From the NCBI GenBank assembly GCA_963841435.1, contig CAWJCS010000006.1, forward strand, positions 1,056,001 to 1,120,000: a stretch of 64,000 bases of DNA, read 5' to 3'. A program made the position numbers and the translations under genes. The notes below the pieces were generated by a model that saw only the letters and a program-made list of their open reading frames with translations, was not told the origin of the DNA and did no database searches. Shown here in pieces: positions 50,434-60,835 of this stretch (position 1 is the first letter of the stretch; each line of letters starts with the position of its first letter). This stretch comes from an uncultured delta proteobacterium. GTDB taxonomy: Bacteria > Myxococcota_A > Polyangia > Polyangiales > Polyangiaceae.

Positions 50434-50960
50434 GAAACCCAAGCACGCGTCGGAGTACAAGAGCGAGCAGGTCGAGCTCGTTCGCGCGATGTGCCTCTAC
50501 GTCTCCACGAAGCTCGGCGACATGATGGACGGCGGACTTCGCGGCGATCATCGCCCCGGGGCTGCGCTGCGCGTTCCGGGATCGCAAGCAGGTGACCCTC
50601 AAGGGAACGACCTTCTTCGGCGAGAAGGCGACGCGGGACATCTGGGTGTGCGACGCCGGCGCGTACGTGGTGCTCAAGGCTCTCGCGTTCGACAGCCGCG
50701 GCGAGAACAAGGACGCCTACGACCTCCACTACGTCGTCCGGAACTACGGCACGGGCCCGACCGACGTCGCTTCGAAGCTGCAACCGCTGCTCGACGATGC
50801 CGACGCCCGGCGCGCACTGACCATCCTGAAGCGCGACTTCTCTGAGCCAGACGCGGTCGGGCCGATGCGGGTCGCGGCCTTTGTCAGCGGTGGAAAGGAC
50901 GAGCAGCTTCAGGCGGATGTGGTTGGCTTCATAGGCCAGCTGCTGGTGACGTTGCACTGA
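50426..50960 (+). pseudogene. Cognate nucleotidyltransferase toxin with an internal deletion and frameshift near 50531
   Basis: N-terminus MAEKPKHASEY...KLGDMMD jumps into another frame, DFAAIIAPGL...VVLKALAF...ENKDAYDL; the catalytic GG...DxD region is absent. Confidence 0.7.
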
Positions 50961-51679
50961 CCCCATCGCGGGACAATGCGAATCCGAGAGAGCGTCCCGG
51001 TTCGTGCCGCCCAGCCGTCTGGATTCGCAAGCATTTGCAGTCTCGGGACAGCGCGAGCGGAGAGAACCCGTCCCACCGAGAGCCACAAAGAGCGGTTCGC
51101 AACCAGCTCTCCATGCAGAGCCAATTTTGCCCAAGGCCAATCGCCTTGGGCGCCAGGTTCACAAAGGGCCTCGTCGAGATGATCGGCGAGGCCCTTCGCT
51201 TCTTGCCGTTGTTTCGCGGGGCTTTGCGCGTGGTCGGCGATCGGCGCGCTCGCGGTCGCCTGCGATGCCCAGAGCACGAGGTCGCGCGCGAGCGGCTTCG
51301 CGACGGCCGAAGAGCGGCTCTGAGGGGCAGAGAGCCGGGCTCGGCTCTGCGAGTCGGATTTAACAGCGCGCGGCTCTGAGTTTTACAGCTCGGCGCTTGC
51401 CGACCGGCGACCCGTTGCTTCACAGCACGTACGTCGTTGATGTCGCTCGCGTTGTCGTCGTTCGCGGCGATGGTCAGAGCACGGGCGCGAAATTGATCGC
51501 GTCTGCCGTTCGGCTTCTGCCTGCCGAAACGGCTCTGGGTTAGCAGGAGCTGTAAAGCTCAGAGTCGCGGAGCCGCGAAGCGGAACAGCGCCTCGGCGTG
51601 AGGGCCTCCGTCCAGCAGCCGGCGCAGTGCCCAGGCTGCCACCCAAGCAGGTGGCGCGGCCGACTCGTCAACGACGGCC

Positions 51680-51926
51680 ACCAACGCTGTGGCCGGTGAT
51701 CACGCTGGACTCGCAAACGCTGGGACCCGTCGTTGCGGAGGAGATCGTCGTCGTGGATCGACACGAGCTCGCCGCGGGCAAGCTCGCCGCGCTCTGCTCC
51801 CGGAACGCGAGCCGCGACATCTTCGATGCGCGCGAGCTGCTACGTCGCGATGACATCGACCGCGGGAAGCTGCGCCTCGCGTTCGTGGTCTACGGAGGTC
51901 TGAATCGCAAGGACTGGAGGAGCGTG
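51680..51926 (+). pseudogene. Internal fragment of a third AbiEii-family gene
   Basis: HELAAGKLAALCSRNASRDIFD...LRLAFVVYGGLNRKDWR with no N- or C-terminus. Confidence 0.7.
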
Positions 51927-51955
51927 CGTACGCGTTCCCCTAGCGGATGCCAGCC

Positions 51956-52432
51956 TGTTCGCCGGCTGAAATCATCGTGATCGACCTCGACGATAACCGC
52001 CTCGAGGTGGCAAGGTCTCTCGGGGCCACGCAGGTCGTGAGCAGCCGCGACGGCAAGGCGGTCGACCGGGTCCTGTCGCTCACGAGCCAGAAAGGCGTCA
52101 ACGTGGCCATCGAAGCGGTGGGTCTCCCAGTGACGTTCGGAATCTGTCAAGACATCGTGGCAGCGGGCGGACACATCGCCAACATCGCAGTTCACGGCAA
52201 GGGCGTCGAGCTCAAGCTCGACAAGCTCTGGGATCGCAACGTCACCATCACGACGCGGCTCGTTGACGCGATCACGACCCGGCTGTTGCTCAAGAGCGTG
52301 CTCTCGGGAAGGCTCGCTCCACGGAAACTCATCACCCACGAGTTCGAGTTGGACGAGATGATGAAGGCCTATGACACGTTCGGAGATGCCGCAAAGGAGA
52401 GGGCTCTGAAGGTGATCATCCGGGCTCCATGA
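51956..52432 (+). pseudogene. 5'-truncated zinc-dependent alcohol dehydrogenase
   Basis: SPAEIIVIDLDDNRLEVA...AIEAVG...LITHEF...ALKVII; the catalytic N-terminal half is missing. Confidence 0.8.
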
Positions 52433-52533
52433 GTGCCGGATTTCGCATGCGGGGCGCACTCGACGCTGCTCGTCGGCGTAGACCCGAGCGCGCGATGGTG
52501 ATGGAGTCCATCGGAATGCGATCGGACCGGGCG

Positions 52534-53226
52534 ATGAATAGACACATCGAGCGTCACTATGCAGCCCGAATTGGTTGGCTGAGAGCGGCCGTGCTCGGGG
52601 CCAACGACGGCATCGTCTCAACGGCAAGCCTCGTCATTGGCGTTGCGGCTGCGAGGGCGGCTCGGGCGGACGTGATGGTCGCGGGCATTGCCGGACTCGT
52701 GGCTGGCGCCATGTCCATGGCAGCCGGGGAATACGTGTCGGTCAGCTCGCAGGCCGACACGGAAAAGGCAGACGTCGACCGCGAGCGACGCGAGCTTGCT
52801 GCCGCGCCTTTGCGGGAACGCGAGGAGCTTGCCGCCATCTATGTTGGTCGCGGGCTCGATGAGTCGTTGGCACGCGCGGTAGCCGAACAGCTGATGGGCC
52901 ACGATGCGCTCGGGGCCCATGCTCGGGACGAGCTCGGGCTCTCGGAAGTACACAGTGCTCGTCCGGTCCAGGCGGCGCTGGCTTCCGCATCGACCTTCGC
53001 GGTCGGGGCCGCGGTGCCGCTGATCATCGCGTTGGTCAGTCCATCTGCCGCCCTCATCGGCCCGGTGGCCGGCGGCTCTCTTCTCGCTCTTGCAGCGATG
53101 GGTGCATTGGCTGCACGCGCCGGAGGAGCGCGGATCTGGATTGGAGCGGTTCGCGTCCTGCTCTGGGGAGCCTTGGCCATGGCCGCAACCGCTGCCGTGG
53201 GCGCGATGTTCGGCGCGACGGGCTGA
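52534..53226 (+). CDS. VIT1/CCC1 family transporter
   Basis: WLRAAVLGANDGIVS, AGAMSMAAGEYVSVSSQ motifs. Confidence 0.95.
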   Translation: MNRHIERHYAARIGWLRAAVLGANDGIVSTASLVIGVAAARAARADVMVAGIAGLVAGAMSMAAGEYVSVSSQADTEKADVDRERRELAAAPLREREELAAIYVGRGLDESLARAVAEQLMGHDALGAHARDELGLSEVHSARPVQAALASASTFAVGAAVPLIIALVSPSAALIGPVAGGSLLALAAMGALAARAGGARIWIGAVRVLLWGALAMAATAAVGAMFGATG

Positions 53227-53351
53227 GGCAGAACGCAGACACTGCGAAGTGTCTTTGCTCGAGGCCGTCCGCGCCTGCCGAGGGGCGGTGTTGGCAGCCT
53301 CGTGCATCGAATCCCGTTCTCGGGCAGGGTAACCACGTCGAGGACGAGAAC

Positions 53352-53780
53352 ATGAAGAAGTCGGATGCGGGTCAAGGCCAAGCGGCATCGGTGCTCATCT
53401 CGAATAGAATCGCCGAGCTCGGGGACTGGCGTGGGAAGACCCTCGCCAAAATGCGCAAGCTCATCAAGCAGGCCGACCCGGACGTCGTCGAGGAGTGGAA
53501 GTGGATGGGCACTCCGATTTGGTCGCACGACGGCATCATCTGTACCGGCGAGTCCTACAAGAGCGTCGTGAAGCTCACGTTCGCCAAGGGGGCGTTCTTG
53601 AAGGATCCGGCCCAGCTCTTCAACTCGAGTCTCGAGGGGAACGTCCGCCGCGCGATCGACATCCACGAAGGAGAGAAAGTCGACGAGGCCGCCTTCAAGG
53701 CGCTCGTCCGCCAAGCGGTCTCTCTCAACGGCTCTCGCAAGGCGAAACCTTCGAAAAAGAAGAAGAAAACGAAGTCCTGA
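53352..53780 (+). CDS. DUF1801 protein
   Basis: VVEEWKWMGTPIWSHDG...FNSSLEGNVRRAID. Confidence 0.9.
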   Translation: MKKSDAGQGQAASVLISNRIAELGDWRGKTLAKMRKLIKQADPDVVEEWKWMGTPIWSHDGIICTGESYKSVVKLTFAKGAFLKDPAQLFNSSLEGNVRRAIDIHEGEKVDEAAFKALVRQAVSLNGSRKAKPSKKKKKTKS

Positions 53781-53915
53781 CCGTCCAGCGGACACGGCCG
53801 GACAAAGCGCCCGCCTGCCTCACGCGACGGGTCGGCGCGCCGTGCTGCAAATGAGAGGCCGTGCGCCAACGGTGAAAAGACTGGCGCCGCGCGTGTGGCA
53901 CGTTCGCACGCCACG

Positions 53916-55035
53916 ATGCAGAGGTCTTTCGAGTCAAAAGTCGGTCGCGGCGCCGCGGCGCTCTTCTGGGTGTTGGGCTGTGCGGGCGCGACGCTCGCGA
54001 GTTGTGGGGGCTCCGGCGCGAAGAACCCCGTGTCGGAGACGGGCGGGACCGGTGGCAGCGGTGGCAGCGGTGGCTCCGTCGGTCCTCTCGAGCCCCCGCC
54101 GGCCCCTCCCACGAGCGGCGTGGCAGCGCCGGGCGGGAGCGTCGCGGCTCCCAATTTGAAGGTTTTGCCGTGGGCCGGCTTCGCGGCAGCCATCTCCTAC
54201 ACCTTCGACGACTCGCAGCCCTCGCAGCTCGAGCACCTGGCCGAGCTCGAGGCAGCCGGCGTCCCGATGACGTTCTTCGTCAACCCGACGAACAACTGGC
54301 AGTCGGGCTACGACGCGGCCTTCACCGACGCCGCCGCTCGGGGCCACGAGATCGGCAACCACACCTGGACCCACTGCCACGCCACGCTTTCCGACTGCAC
54401 GCCGGTCGGCACCGCCGAGGAAGAGATCGACAACACGACCGAGTACGCCGCGTCTCACTTCGGCGTGCCGGCCGTCTACTCGTTCGCGTCGCCGTTCGGC
54501 GACACGGGCTGGGACACGTACGCTTCCACGCGCTTCCTCGTGGGTCGCGGCGTCCCGAACGGGATGGTGTCGGCTACCGGCGTGTCGGATTGGTACAATC
54601 TGCCGTGCATTCCCGTCGCCGAGGGCCAGACCGAAACGGACTTCGACGCTGCGATCGACAGCGCAAAAACCCAGGGTCGCTGGGGCATCTTTCTTTTTCA
54701 CTCGATCTTGCCGACCACGAACAACTGGTACGCCGGCGTCGAGCTCGCCGACGTCACGGGCAGCATGGCGCACGCAAAGTCGCTCGGGGACGTCTCGGGT
54801 CGACACGATGGGGACCATCGCCGCCTATGTTCGCGCGGAGCAGATCTTCGAGGCGCTGCCGCCGAGCAGCGACCGCTGGTCCTGGACGCTGCCGAGCCAC
54901 TTTCCACCCGGCAAGGTGCTGCGCGTGACGGTCAACGGCGGAACCCTCAGCCAGGGCGGCGAGCCGCTCGCGTGGGACGCGCACGGCTACTACGAGGTGG
55001 CGCTCGACGCGGGGTCGCTCTCGTGGAGCCCCTGA
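53916..55035 (+). CDS. Polysaccharide deacetylase-family lipoprotein with a +1 frameshift near 54796
   Basis: Lipobox-like LASC; SYTFDD, HEIGNHTWTH, FASPFG, FLFH motifs. Removing C54796 restores GDVWVDTMGT and joins ORF 54808..55035. Confidence 0.82.
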
Positions 55036-55068
55036 GCGCGCCCTCCGGCCGCTCCTCGCGCTAGCGGC

Positions 55069-57144
55069 TCACGGCTGCCGCACGAGAACGAGCACCTCGC
55101 CGGGAGGTACGTTGCGGATCTCGAGGTACGCGGGGCCGGCCGCGCCCGGGCGCTGCACGCGGACCTCGGAGCCGACGCGGTGCGAGCCCGTGAAGGGGAT
55201 GCCGGCAGCGACGGCGGCCGCCTCGGCCGTGTTGGCGCGTACCGTGAACGGCGTTCCGGCCGACCAGAGCTCGGCCGAGACGATGATGTCGCCGCCCCGC
55301 AGGGCGCCGTCTGCGCCGTTCGGGTTCACGACCAAGACCGCCTCCTGACGATCGAGCAGGCGTGACCAGGCGACGAGCTCGCCCTCGACGGGGAACGCGA
55401 ACTCTGGCGCGATCACGCGCGTCTGGCGAGCGTACTGTCGTCCGACGCGCAGCACGATCTCCTCGCGGCGGACGCGCAAGAGCGCCTTCAACCGAACGTA
55501 GGCGGGGCTTTCGGGATCGAAGCAGTGCTTGCCGAACGTGCCGAAGGGTCCGAAGCCCGGCAGCCCGGGGTCCAGCATCGTGAGCTGCGTCGCCAGATCT
55601 TCGGAGAAATCGGCGCGCGGGTGCGCGGGGCCGAACATTGCCTCACGCAGGTAGCGATCGCCGTGGTTGTTGCCGTCGTTGTACCCCTCGGCCAAAAGGA
55701 AGGGGATCTGCGAGTGTGCGGGGCCGGCGAAGGCTTGCTCGGTGCCGTAGTAGATGCACGGGATGCCGAGCGTGAAGAGCTGGAACGCCGTTGCGGCGAC
55801 GATCTGGTGGTCCTTGACCGACGCGTCGTCGGGTATGCCGGCGGAGAAGCGGATCTTTTCGCCGGCGACGTGGTCGTGGTCGTCGAGGATCGAGACGTGA
55901 CGATCACCGAAGCTACGATGCGATTCGAAGCCCTCGCTCGCGGCTTTGAAGCCGTCGAGGTAGACGCGCGCGGGGACGAGCCCCTTGGCGACGCCCTGCA
56001 GGTTCGTCCGCGCGCTGCCGATGTCGAGCGCTGCGTCGAGGTTTCTCTGGAGCACGGCGAGGTTGTCGAGCACGAAGTCCTGAAAGCCGTCGCCTCCCGC
56101 GATCTCGCCCACGAGCAAGAACCGCCGCTTGCCGATGCTGTCGGCGAATTCCTTGATGGCGCCGCAGAAGTTGCGCGCGTCCTCGAGGGCGACGTGCTTG
56201 ACGGTATCGAGGCGAAAGCCGTCGCAGTCCGTCAGCAGGATCCAGTACTTGAAGCAGTCGGCGAGCACCGCGAGCGTGTCGCCGACATCGAGGGCGAAGT
56301 CCTTGAGCGCGAAAAAATCGGTGCGCTTGTGCTCCGCGTGGGGGTCGGCAATGTCGCTGTCGCCGAGGCCACCCTTGCCCGCACGCGTGTACGCCGCGGG
56401 GCGTTGGAGCTCGCGCGGCCACACGCCGTCGTCTGCGTTCACGAGTGTCGCCCCGTCGGTCGTGAAGCCCTGCTCGAGCTCGTTGCGCCAGGCGAGGCGA
56501 TAGTCGCGCGTCGCCGGGTTTTCGGGGTTGCCGTAAAAGTCGGGGAAAGGGCGAAACGGCGGTTCGTTGAACGCGCTCGCGAGCGGCATGCCGGGCGCCA
56601 CGTAGCCCCAGTTGTCGCCCGAGTGATTGAAGATGATGTCGAGGATGACGCGGATGTTGCGAGCGTGAGCCGCCTCGACGAGCGCGATGAGATCGGCGCG
56701 CGTGCCGAAGCGAGCGTCAACGTCGAGGTAGTCCTGCACGCCATAGCCGTGAAAGGTGTCGAGCCGGACGCGCTGCTTGAACACGGGCCCCACCCAGATG
56801 GCCGTGATCCCGAGGTCGGCGAGGTAGCCGAGCTTGCTCGTGATGCCGCGGATCGTGCCCCCCTGCCAGCGGAGCCCGGAGCTCGCCCAGCTTCGCCAGT
56901 CGATGTCGGGGCGGCCCGGTGCGCTGCGTAGCGCGCGGATCTCGGCGCGGTCGAGCAGCGGCCGACCGGCTTCGTTCCCGTCGCTGAAGCGGTCCGGCAG
57001 GAGGAAGTAGAGCACCTCGTCGCGCCAGTCGACGGGCGAGGGGAAGTAGCGGATGCCGTCGCGCCGTGCGCGATCGACGAGGGCGCGCACCTCCGCGGTC
57101 GTCGTGGGCCGCGGGCTCGTAAGAAGATCACCGGGATTTGCCAC
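55069..57144 (-). CDS. Alpha-amylase family (GH13) glycoside hydrolase
   Basis: YFLLPDRFSDG, DIIFNH, DGFRLDTVKH, LVGEI, LDDHD, GIPCIYYGTEQ motifs. Confidence 0.93.
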   Translation of the reverse strand: MANPGDLLTSPRPTTTAEVRALVDRARRDGIRYFPSPVDWRDEVLYFLLPDRFSDGNEAGRPLLDRAEIRALRSAPGRPDIDWRSWASSGLRWQGGTIRGITSKLGYLADLGITAIWVGPVFKQRVRLDTFHGYGVQDYLDVDARFGTRADLIALVEAAHARNIRVILDIIFNHSGDNWGYVAPGMPLASAFNEPPFRPFPDFYGNPENPATRDYRLAWRNELEQGFTTDGATLVNADDGVWPRELQRPAAYTRAGKGGLGDSDIADPHAEHKRTDFFALKDFALDVGDTLAVLADCFKYWILLTDCDGFRLDTVKHVALEDARNFCGAIKEFADSIGKRRFLLVGEIAGGDGFQDFVLDNLAVLQRNLDAALDIGSARTNLQGVAKGLVPARVYLDGFKAASEGFESHRSFGDRHVSILDDHDHVAGEKIRFSAGIPDDASVKDHQIVAATAFQLFTLGIPCIYYGTEQAFAGPAHSQIPFLLAEGYNDGNNHGDRYLREAMFGPAHPRADFSEDLATQLTMLDPGLPGFGPFGTFGKHCFDPESPAYVRLKALLRVRREEIVLRVGRQYARQTRVIAPEFAFPVEGELVAWSRLLDRQEAVLVVNPNGADGALRGGDIIVSAELWSAGTPFTVRANTAEAAAVAAGIPFTGSHRVGSEVRVQRPGAAGPAYLEIRNVPPGEVLVLVRQP

Positions 57145-57312
57145 GAGAGTCTCCGCTTCACCGGGGCCCGTGCTCGACCCCGCCTTCGCTCTTTTACCCT
57201 CGAAGGTTGGTCGCTGTCGCCGCCGGCGGGATGGGATCTTTTTCTCGGTTCCGCGCAGGTTTCGGCGCCTACCGCGTCCGCGCTCGGCCGCTTGGCCGGG
57301 CAGCGAGGTCCG

Positions 57313-57729
57313 CTACGAGAGCCCGACGGCGTGCGCCCACTCGGGCGTTGGCTCGACCAGCCGGCGCTCGTCGAGGTGGAAGAGACCGAACGTGAAGAAG
57401 GCCTCGCAGGCGGGCGTCCCGTCGGTCTTCACCATCGCCTGCCGCATCTTGCCGATCTTCCGCTCGTAGCCGACGAGATCCGTCTGGATCACGACCGTTT
57501 CGCGCGGGGCGAGCTCCCGCAAAAACTTCATCTCCACCTCGAGGATCGTCGGGCCGGTCCGCGTCCGTTTGATGGTTTCGAGCCCGAACCCGCGCCCGAC
57601 GATGAGGTCCCAGCGCGCCTGCTCGAAGAGCTCGAGATAGCGAGCGTTGTTCATGTGGCCGAACGAGTCGAGGTGGGATTCGCTGATGACGATGGTCTTC
57701 TCGTGAAGTGCCGGCATGTGAGGCGCCAT
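57313..57729 (-). CDS. Acyl-CoA thioesterase (4HBT / hot-dog fold)
   Basis: LDSFGHMNNARYLELFEQAR. Confidence 0.9.
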   Translation of the reverse strand: MAPHMPALHEKTIVISESHLDSFGHMNNARYLELFEQARWDLIVGRGFGLETIKRTRTGPTILEVEMKFLRELAPRETVVIQTDLVGYERKIGKMRQAMVKTDGTPACEAFFTFGLFHLDERRLVEPTPEWAHAVGLS

Positions 57730-57926
57730 AGCATGCTCTGCGCCCTCCGCCGGGAGGCCGCTCGGACGCAACGTCGCGATCAGGTCGAGATCGACCCGGC
57801 AGCGCGCCGAATCCCTCGCGCGCCGAGCCGCGAATCTCGCGTGGCTGAAGGAAGGCTTCTCGCACGCGAAGGAGGAGCGGGCGCTCGGCGCTCACCGACA
57901 CGCGTTCTTGGGACGCATTCCCCCCG

Positions 57927-58090
57927 TACGTCAACGCGTTGCGCAACGAGGCGCTCGCGTTCCCCGGCCAGGTGGCGCTCGTGCACGGTGACGCGCACTA
58001 CTTCAAGCTCGACATGCCGCTGAGCGGCCCGGCGGGCGGAGTCGTGCCGAACTTCACGCGAGTCGAGACCTTCGGGGCGCGCAACACGCC
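57927..58090 (+). pseudogene. C-terminal remnant of a metallophosphoesterase-like gene
   Basis: VALVHGDAHYFKLDMPL...NFTRVETFG with no credible N-terminus. Confidence 0.5.
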
Positions 58091-58115
58091 GAGGCACCGG
58101 GTGGCCCCGGCGAGG

Positions 58116-58466
58116 CTACCAGCTGCTCATCGCGCCGAGATCGTGCACCGCGGAGTAGCCGGCCGTCTTGAGCAACCCGCCGGCACGGCTGCTCCGGTGG
58201 CCGCTCCGGCAATAGACGACGATGGGCCAATCCTTGGGCCCGATCTCGGTCATGCGCTGCTCCAGCTCCTGCACGGGGACGTTGACGGCCTTCGGAAGAT
58301 GTCCGGCCGCGAACTCGGCGGGCGTTCTCACGTCGAGCAAAAGGGCGCCCCCCTCGACGAGCTCGTGGGCCTGGGCCGAGCTCACGTCGCCACGGCGCGC
58401 GAAGAACAGGTAGCCGAGCACGAAGAGGACGAGGAGGGCGGCGCCGAGCTGCAAGGGCTTTCGCAT
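58116..58466 (-). CDS. Membrane-anchored rhodanese-domain sulfurtransferase
   Basis: N-terminal TM; LLDVRTPAEFAAGHLPKA, VVYCRSGHRS. Confidence 0.92.
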   Translation of the reverse strand: MRKPLQLGAALLVLFVLGYLFFARRGDVSSAQAHELVEGGALLLDVRTPAEFAAGHLPKAVNVPVQELEQRMTEIGPKDWPIVVYCRSGHRSSRAGGLLKTAGYSAVHDLGAMSSW

Positions 58467-58499
58467 GGGGTTTTGGGGCTCCCGGGGAGCCATCGTCCA

Positions 58500-58528
58500 T
58501 GAGAGGCGGCCGCGGGGCAAAAGGGTTC
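58500..58528 (-). promoter_or_regulatory. Putative ECF promoter for the rhodanese gene
   Basis: GAACC-CTTTTG...(18 nt)-CTCTCA. Confidence 0.6.
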
Positions 58529-58711
58529 GAAAAAATCGAGCAGGCCCTGTCGTGGCGAGCGGCCCCGCCGCGTCTCCCTCGCGGGACCCTCTTCACGGGG
58601 CCCCATCTCGAGGAGAAAAACGATGACCCAGCCTTGCGCGACCGACGGTTCGGGCGGGAGCGCCATGTTGAAGCTCGACGAGGGGCCCTTCGCGGCGACG
58701 GACTCGGGACA

Positions 58712-59104
58712 CTAACCGAGCTTCGCGAGCACGCGCGCGAGCTTTTCCTTCACGCTCCCGGCAAGCTCCGAGAGCTTGGGGTCGTTGGCGCGCCACACGG
58801 ATTCGATCGGATCGACGATCGTGACGACGCTCCCCCCGCCGTCCTTCTCGTAGACGACGACGTTGCACGGCAAGAGCAGCCCCGCGTCGAGGTCGAGCTC
58901 GAGGACCTGGTGCGCGAACGGGGGATTGCACGCTCCGAGGATCTTGTAACGCCGAAAATCGACGCCGAGCTTCTGATTGAGCGTGCTCTTCACGTCGATC
59001 TCCGTGAGCACCCCGAAGCCCTCCGACTTCAGCGCCTCCGTCACGCGTGTGATCGCGTCGTCGAAGTCCGCGGCGAGAACGGTTTTCATGCCTAGCTGAG
59101 CCAT
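58712..59104 (-). CDS. DUF302 protein
   Basis: GFGVLTEIDV, YKILGACNP, GLLLPCNVVV; AGGAGG RBS. Confidence 0.92.
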   Translation of the reverse strand: MAQLGMKTVLAADFDDAITRVTEALKSEGFGVLTEIDVKSTLNQKLGVDFRRYKILGACNPPFAHQVLELDLDAGLLLPCNVVVYEKDGGGSVVTIVDPIESVWRANDPKLSELAGSVKEKLARVLAKLG

Positions 59105-59143
59105 GTTCCTCCTTCGTTCGGTCGTTTCTCGTCGTTTCGCTGG

Positions 59144-59171
59144 TTCGACCCGCACGCGGGCGAAAGGGTTC
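59144..59171 (-). promoter_or_regulatory. Putative ECF promoter for DUF302
   Basis: GAACC-CTTTCG...(17 nt)-GTCGAA. Confidence 0.6.
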
Positions 59172-60015
59172 AGCCCTGCGTGGCGAGAAAGTCGCGCAGC
59201 GCCTCTTTCACCGACGCTCGAACCGCGGGTGGTACCTCGTCCGCCGAGCCCGCGGTGCGGCAGAGCGCGAGCGTTTGGCGAAGCGAGTCGCACGCGCCTC
59301 GGCAGCGCGCGCAGACCGCCAGGTGCCGCTCCATCTCTCTGCACACGTCCGGGCTGACCTCGTCTTCGAGGTGGCCCGAGAGCATGGAGAGCACGTCCGG
59401 GCAGACTCCCGGCGCGGCCGGCTCGGGGATGGCGCCGATGAGCGGCGCCATCCGGGCCCGCACGGTGAGGCGCGCCCGGTGCAGTCGGCTCTTGACGGCC
59501 TGCACGCTGACGCCGAGCACGGCGGCGACCTCCGGCGCGGTGAGACCCTCGGCGTCCCGCAACAGGAGCACCTCCCGGTACATCGGCTCGAGCGCGTCGA
59601 TCGCCTGAAAAAGGGCCTCTTCGAGGCGCCGACCGGCGAGCGCTTCGTCGGGGGCGCGCGCGGGGTCGGGCTGGGCGAGCGCTTCCTTGGCTAGGTCACC
59701 GTCGAGAGACGGCTGGCTCGCGGGGGCAAACTTGCTCTTCCGGCGCTTCTTGACGCAGTAGCTCCGCGCCACGGAGTAGAGCCACGTGGAAAGCGACGAG
59801 GCCCCCCGAAACTCGCGCACGCCGCGCGCGAGCGCAACGAGCGTCTCCTGGAGCACGTCCTTCGCGTCCTCGGGATCGCGGCACATCTTCATGCCGAATC
59901 GGTAGACCTGCGCCTGGTGCTGCTCGATGAGCGCCTCGAGCGCGTGCCGGTCGCCCGCGCGCGCCATCGCGAGCAGCGAGTCGCTCTCGGGAGGGGTCGT
60001 CGTCAACTCGGCCAA
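59170..60015 (-). CDS. ECF sigma factor fused to a C-terminal zf-HC2 (ZAS-like) zinc finger
   Basis: DAKDVLQET, FRGASSLSTWLYSVAR, EVAAVLGVSVQAVKSRLHRAR, then CPDVLSMLSGHLEDEVS...HLAVCARC (HxxxCxxC). Start uncertain. Confidence 0.9.
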   Translation of the reverse strand: MAELTTTPPESDSLLAMARAGDRHALEALIEQHQAQVYRFGMKMCRDPEDAKDVLQETLVALARGVREFRGASSLSTWLYSVARSYCVKKRRKSKFAPASQPSLDGDLAKEALAQPDPARAPDEALAGRRLEEALFQAIDALEPMYREVLLLRDAEGLTAPEVAAVLGVSVQAVKSRLHRARLTVRARMAPLIGAIPEPAAPGVCPDVLSMLSGHLEDEVSPDVCREMERHLAVCARCRGACDSLRQTLALCRTAGSADEVPPAVRASVKEALRDFLATQG

Positions 60016-60101
60016 GGTCCGTAGCTTTTGCCATGCGGCCGAGCGCCAGGCCACGGGTGGGGGGCGTCGGCAGGGCGCCCGGAGGACCCGGAACGGGGCG
60101 C

Positions 60102-60129
60102 GAACCCTTTCGGCCCCCCGGGGCTCTCA
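60102..60129 (+). promoter_or_regulatory. Putative ECF promoter for the PDO-TauE operon
   Basis: GAACC-CTTTCG...(17 nt)-CTCTCA. Confidence 0.6.
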
Positions 60130-60147
60130 CCGGGCAAGGAGCCACCG

Positions 60148-60831
60148 ATGCTGTTTCGACAACTGTTCGAGCGTGAAACCAGCACCTACACGTATCTGCT
60201 CGCGTCGGGGCCCGGGCGCCAGGCGCTCCTCATCGATCCGGTCAAGAGCGAGGTCGAAAAGTACCTGAAGCTCCTCGACGAGCTCGACCTCCGGCTCGTG
60301 CTCGCCATCGACACGCACGTGCACGCCGACCACGTCACCGGCCTGGGGGACCTCCGCCGCGCCACGGGCTGCGCGACGATGATGGGTTTGGAGAGCAAGG
60401 CGGGCTGCGTCTCGCGTCGCGTGCGCGACGGTGAGCTCATCGAGGTGGACGGACTCGAGCTCCGGGCGCTCCACACGCCGGGCCACACCGACGACTCGTA
60501 CAGTTTCGTGATGAAAGACCGCGTCTTCACCGGCGACACCTTGCTCATCCGCGGCACGGGTCGCACCGACTTCCAGAACGGCGACGCCATGGCACAGTAC
60601 GCGAGCCTGTTCGACAAGCTACTCTGCCTACCCGACGAAACCCTCGTCTACCCGGGCCACGACTACCGCGGCTTCACCGTGAGCACGATCGGCGAAGAAA
60701 AGGCGCACAACCCCAGGCTTACCGTCAACGGCGCTCGAGAGTACGCGAGCTTGATGGGGGGCCTCGGGCTGCCGGCGCCGAAGCAGATGGCCGTGGCGGT
60801 GCCGGCCAATCTCGCGTGCGGAGCGAGCTGA
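60148..60831 (+). CDS. Persulfide dioxygenase (ETHE1-like MBL fold)
   Basis: MLFRQLFE, TYTYLL, THVHADH, TPGHT, GDTLLIRGTGRTDFQ, YPGHDY, ANLACG motifs. Confidence 0.92.
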   Translation: MLFRQLFERETSTYTYLLASGPGRQALLIDPVKSEVEKYLKLLDELDLRLVLAIDTHVHADHVTGLGDLRRATGCATMMGLESKAGCVSRRVRDGELIEVDGLELRALHTPGHTDDSYSFVMKDRVFTGDTLLIRGTGRTDFQNGDAMAQYASLFDKLLCLPDETLVYPGHDYRGFTVSTIGEEKAHNPRLTVNGAREYASLMGGLGLPAPKQMAVAVPANLACGAS

Positions 60832-60835
60832 GACC

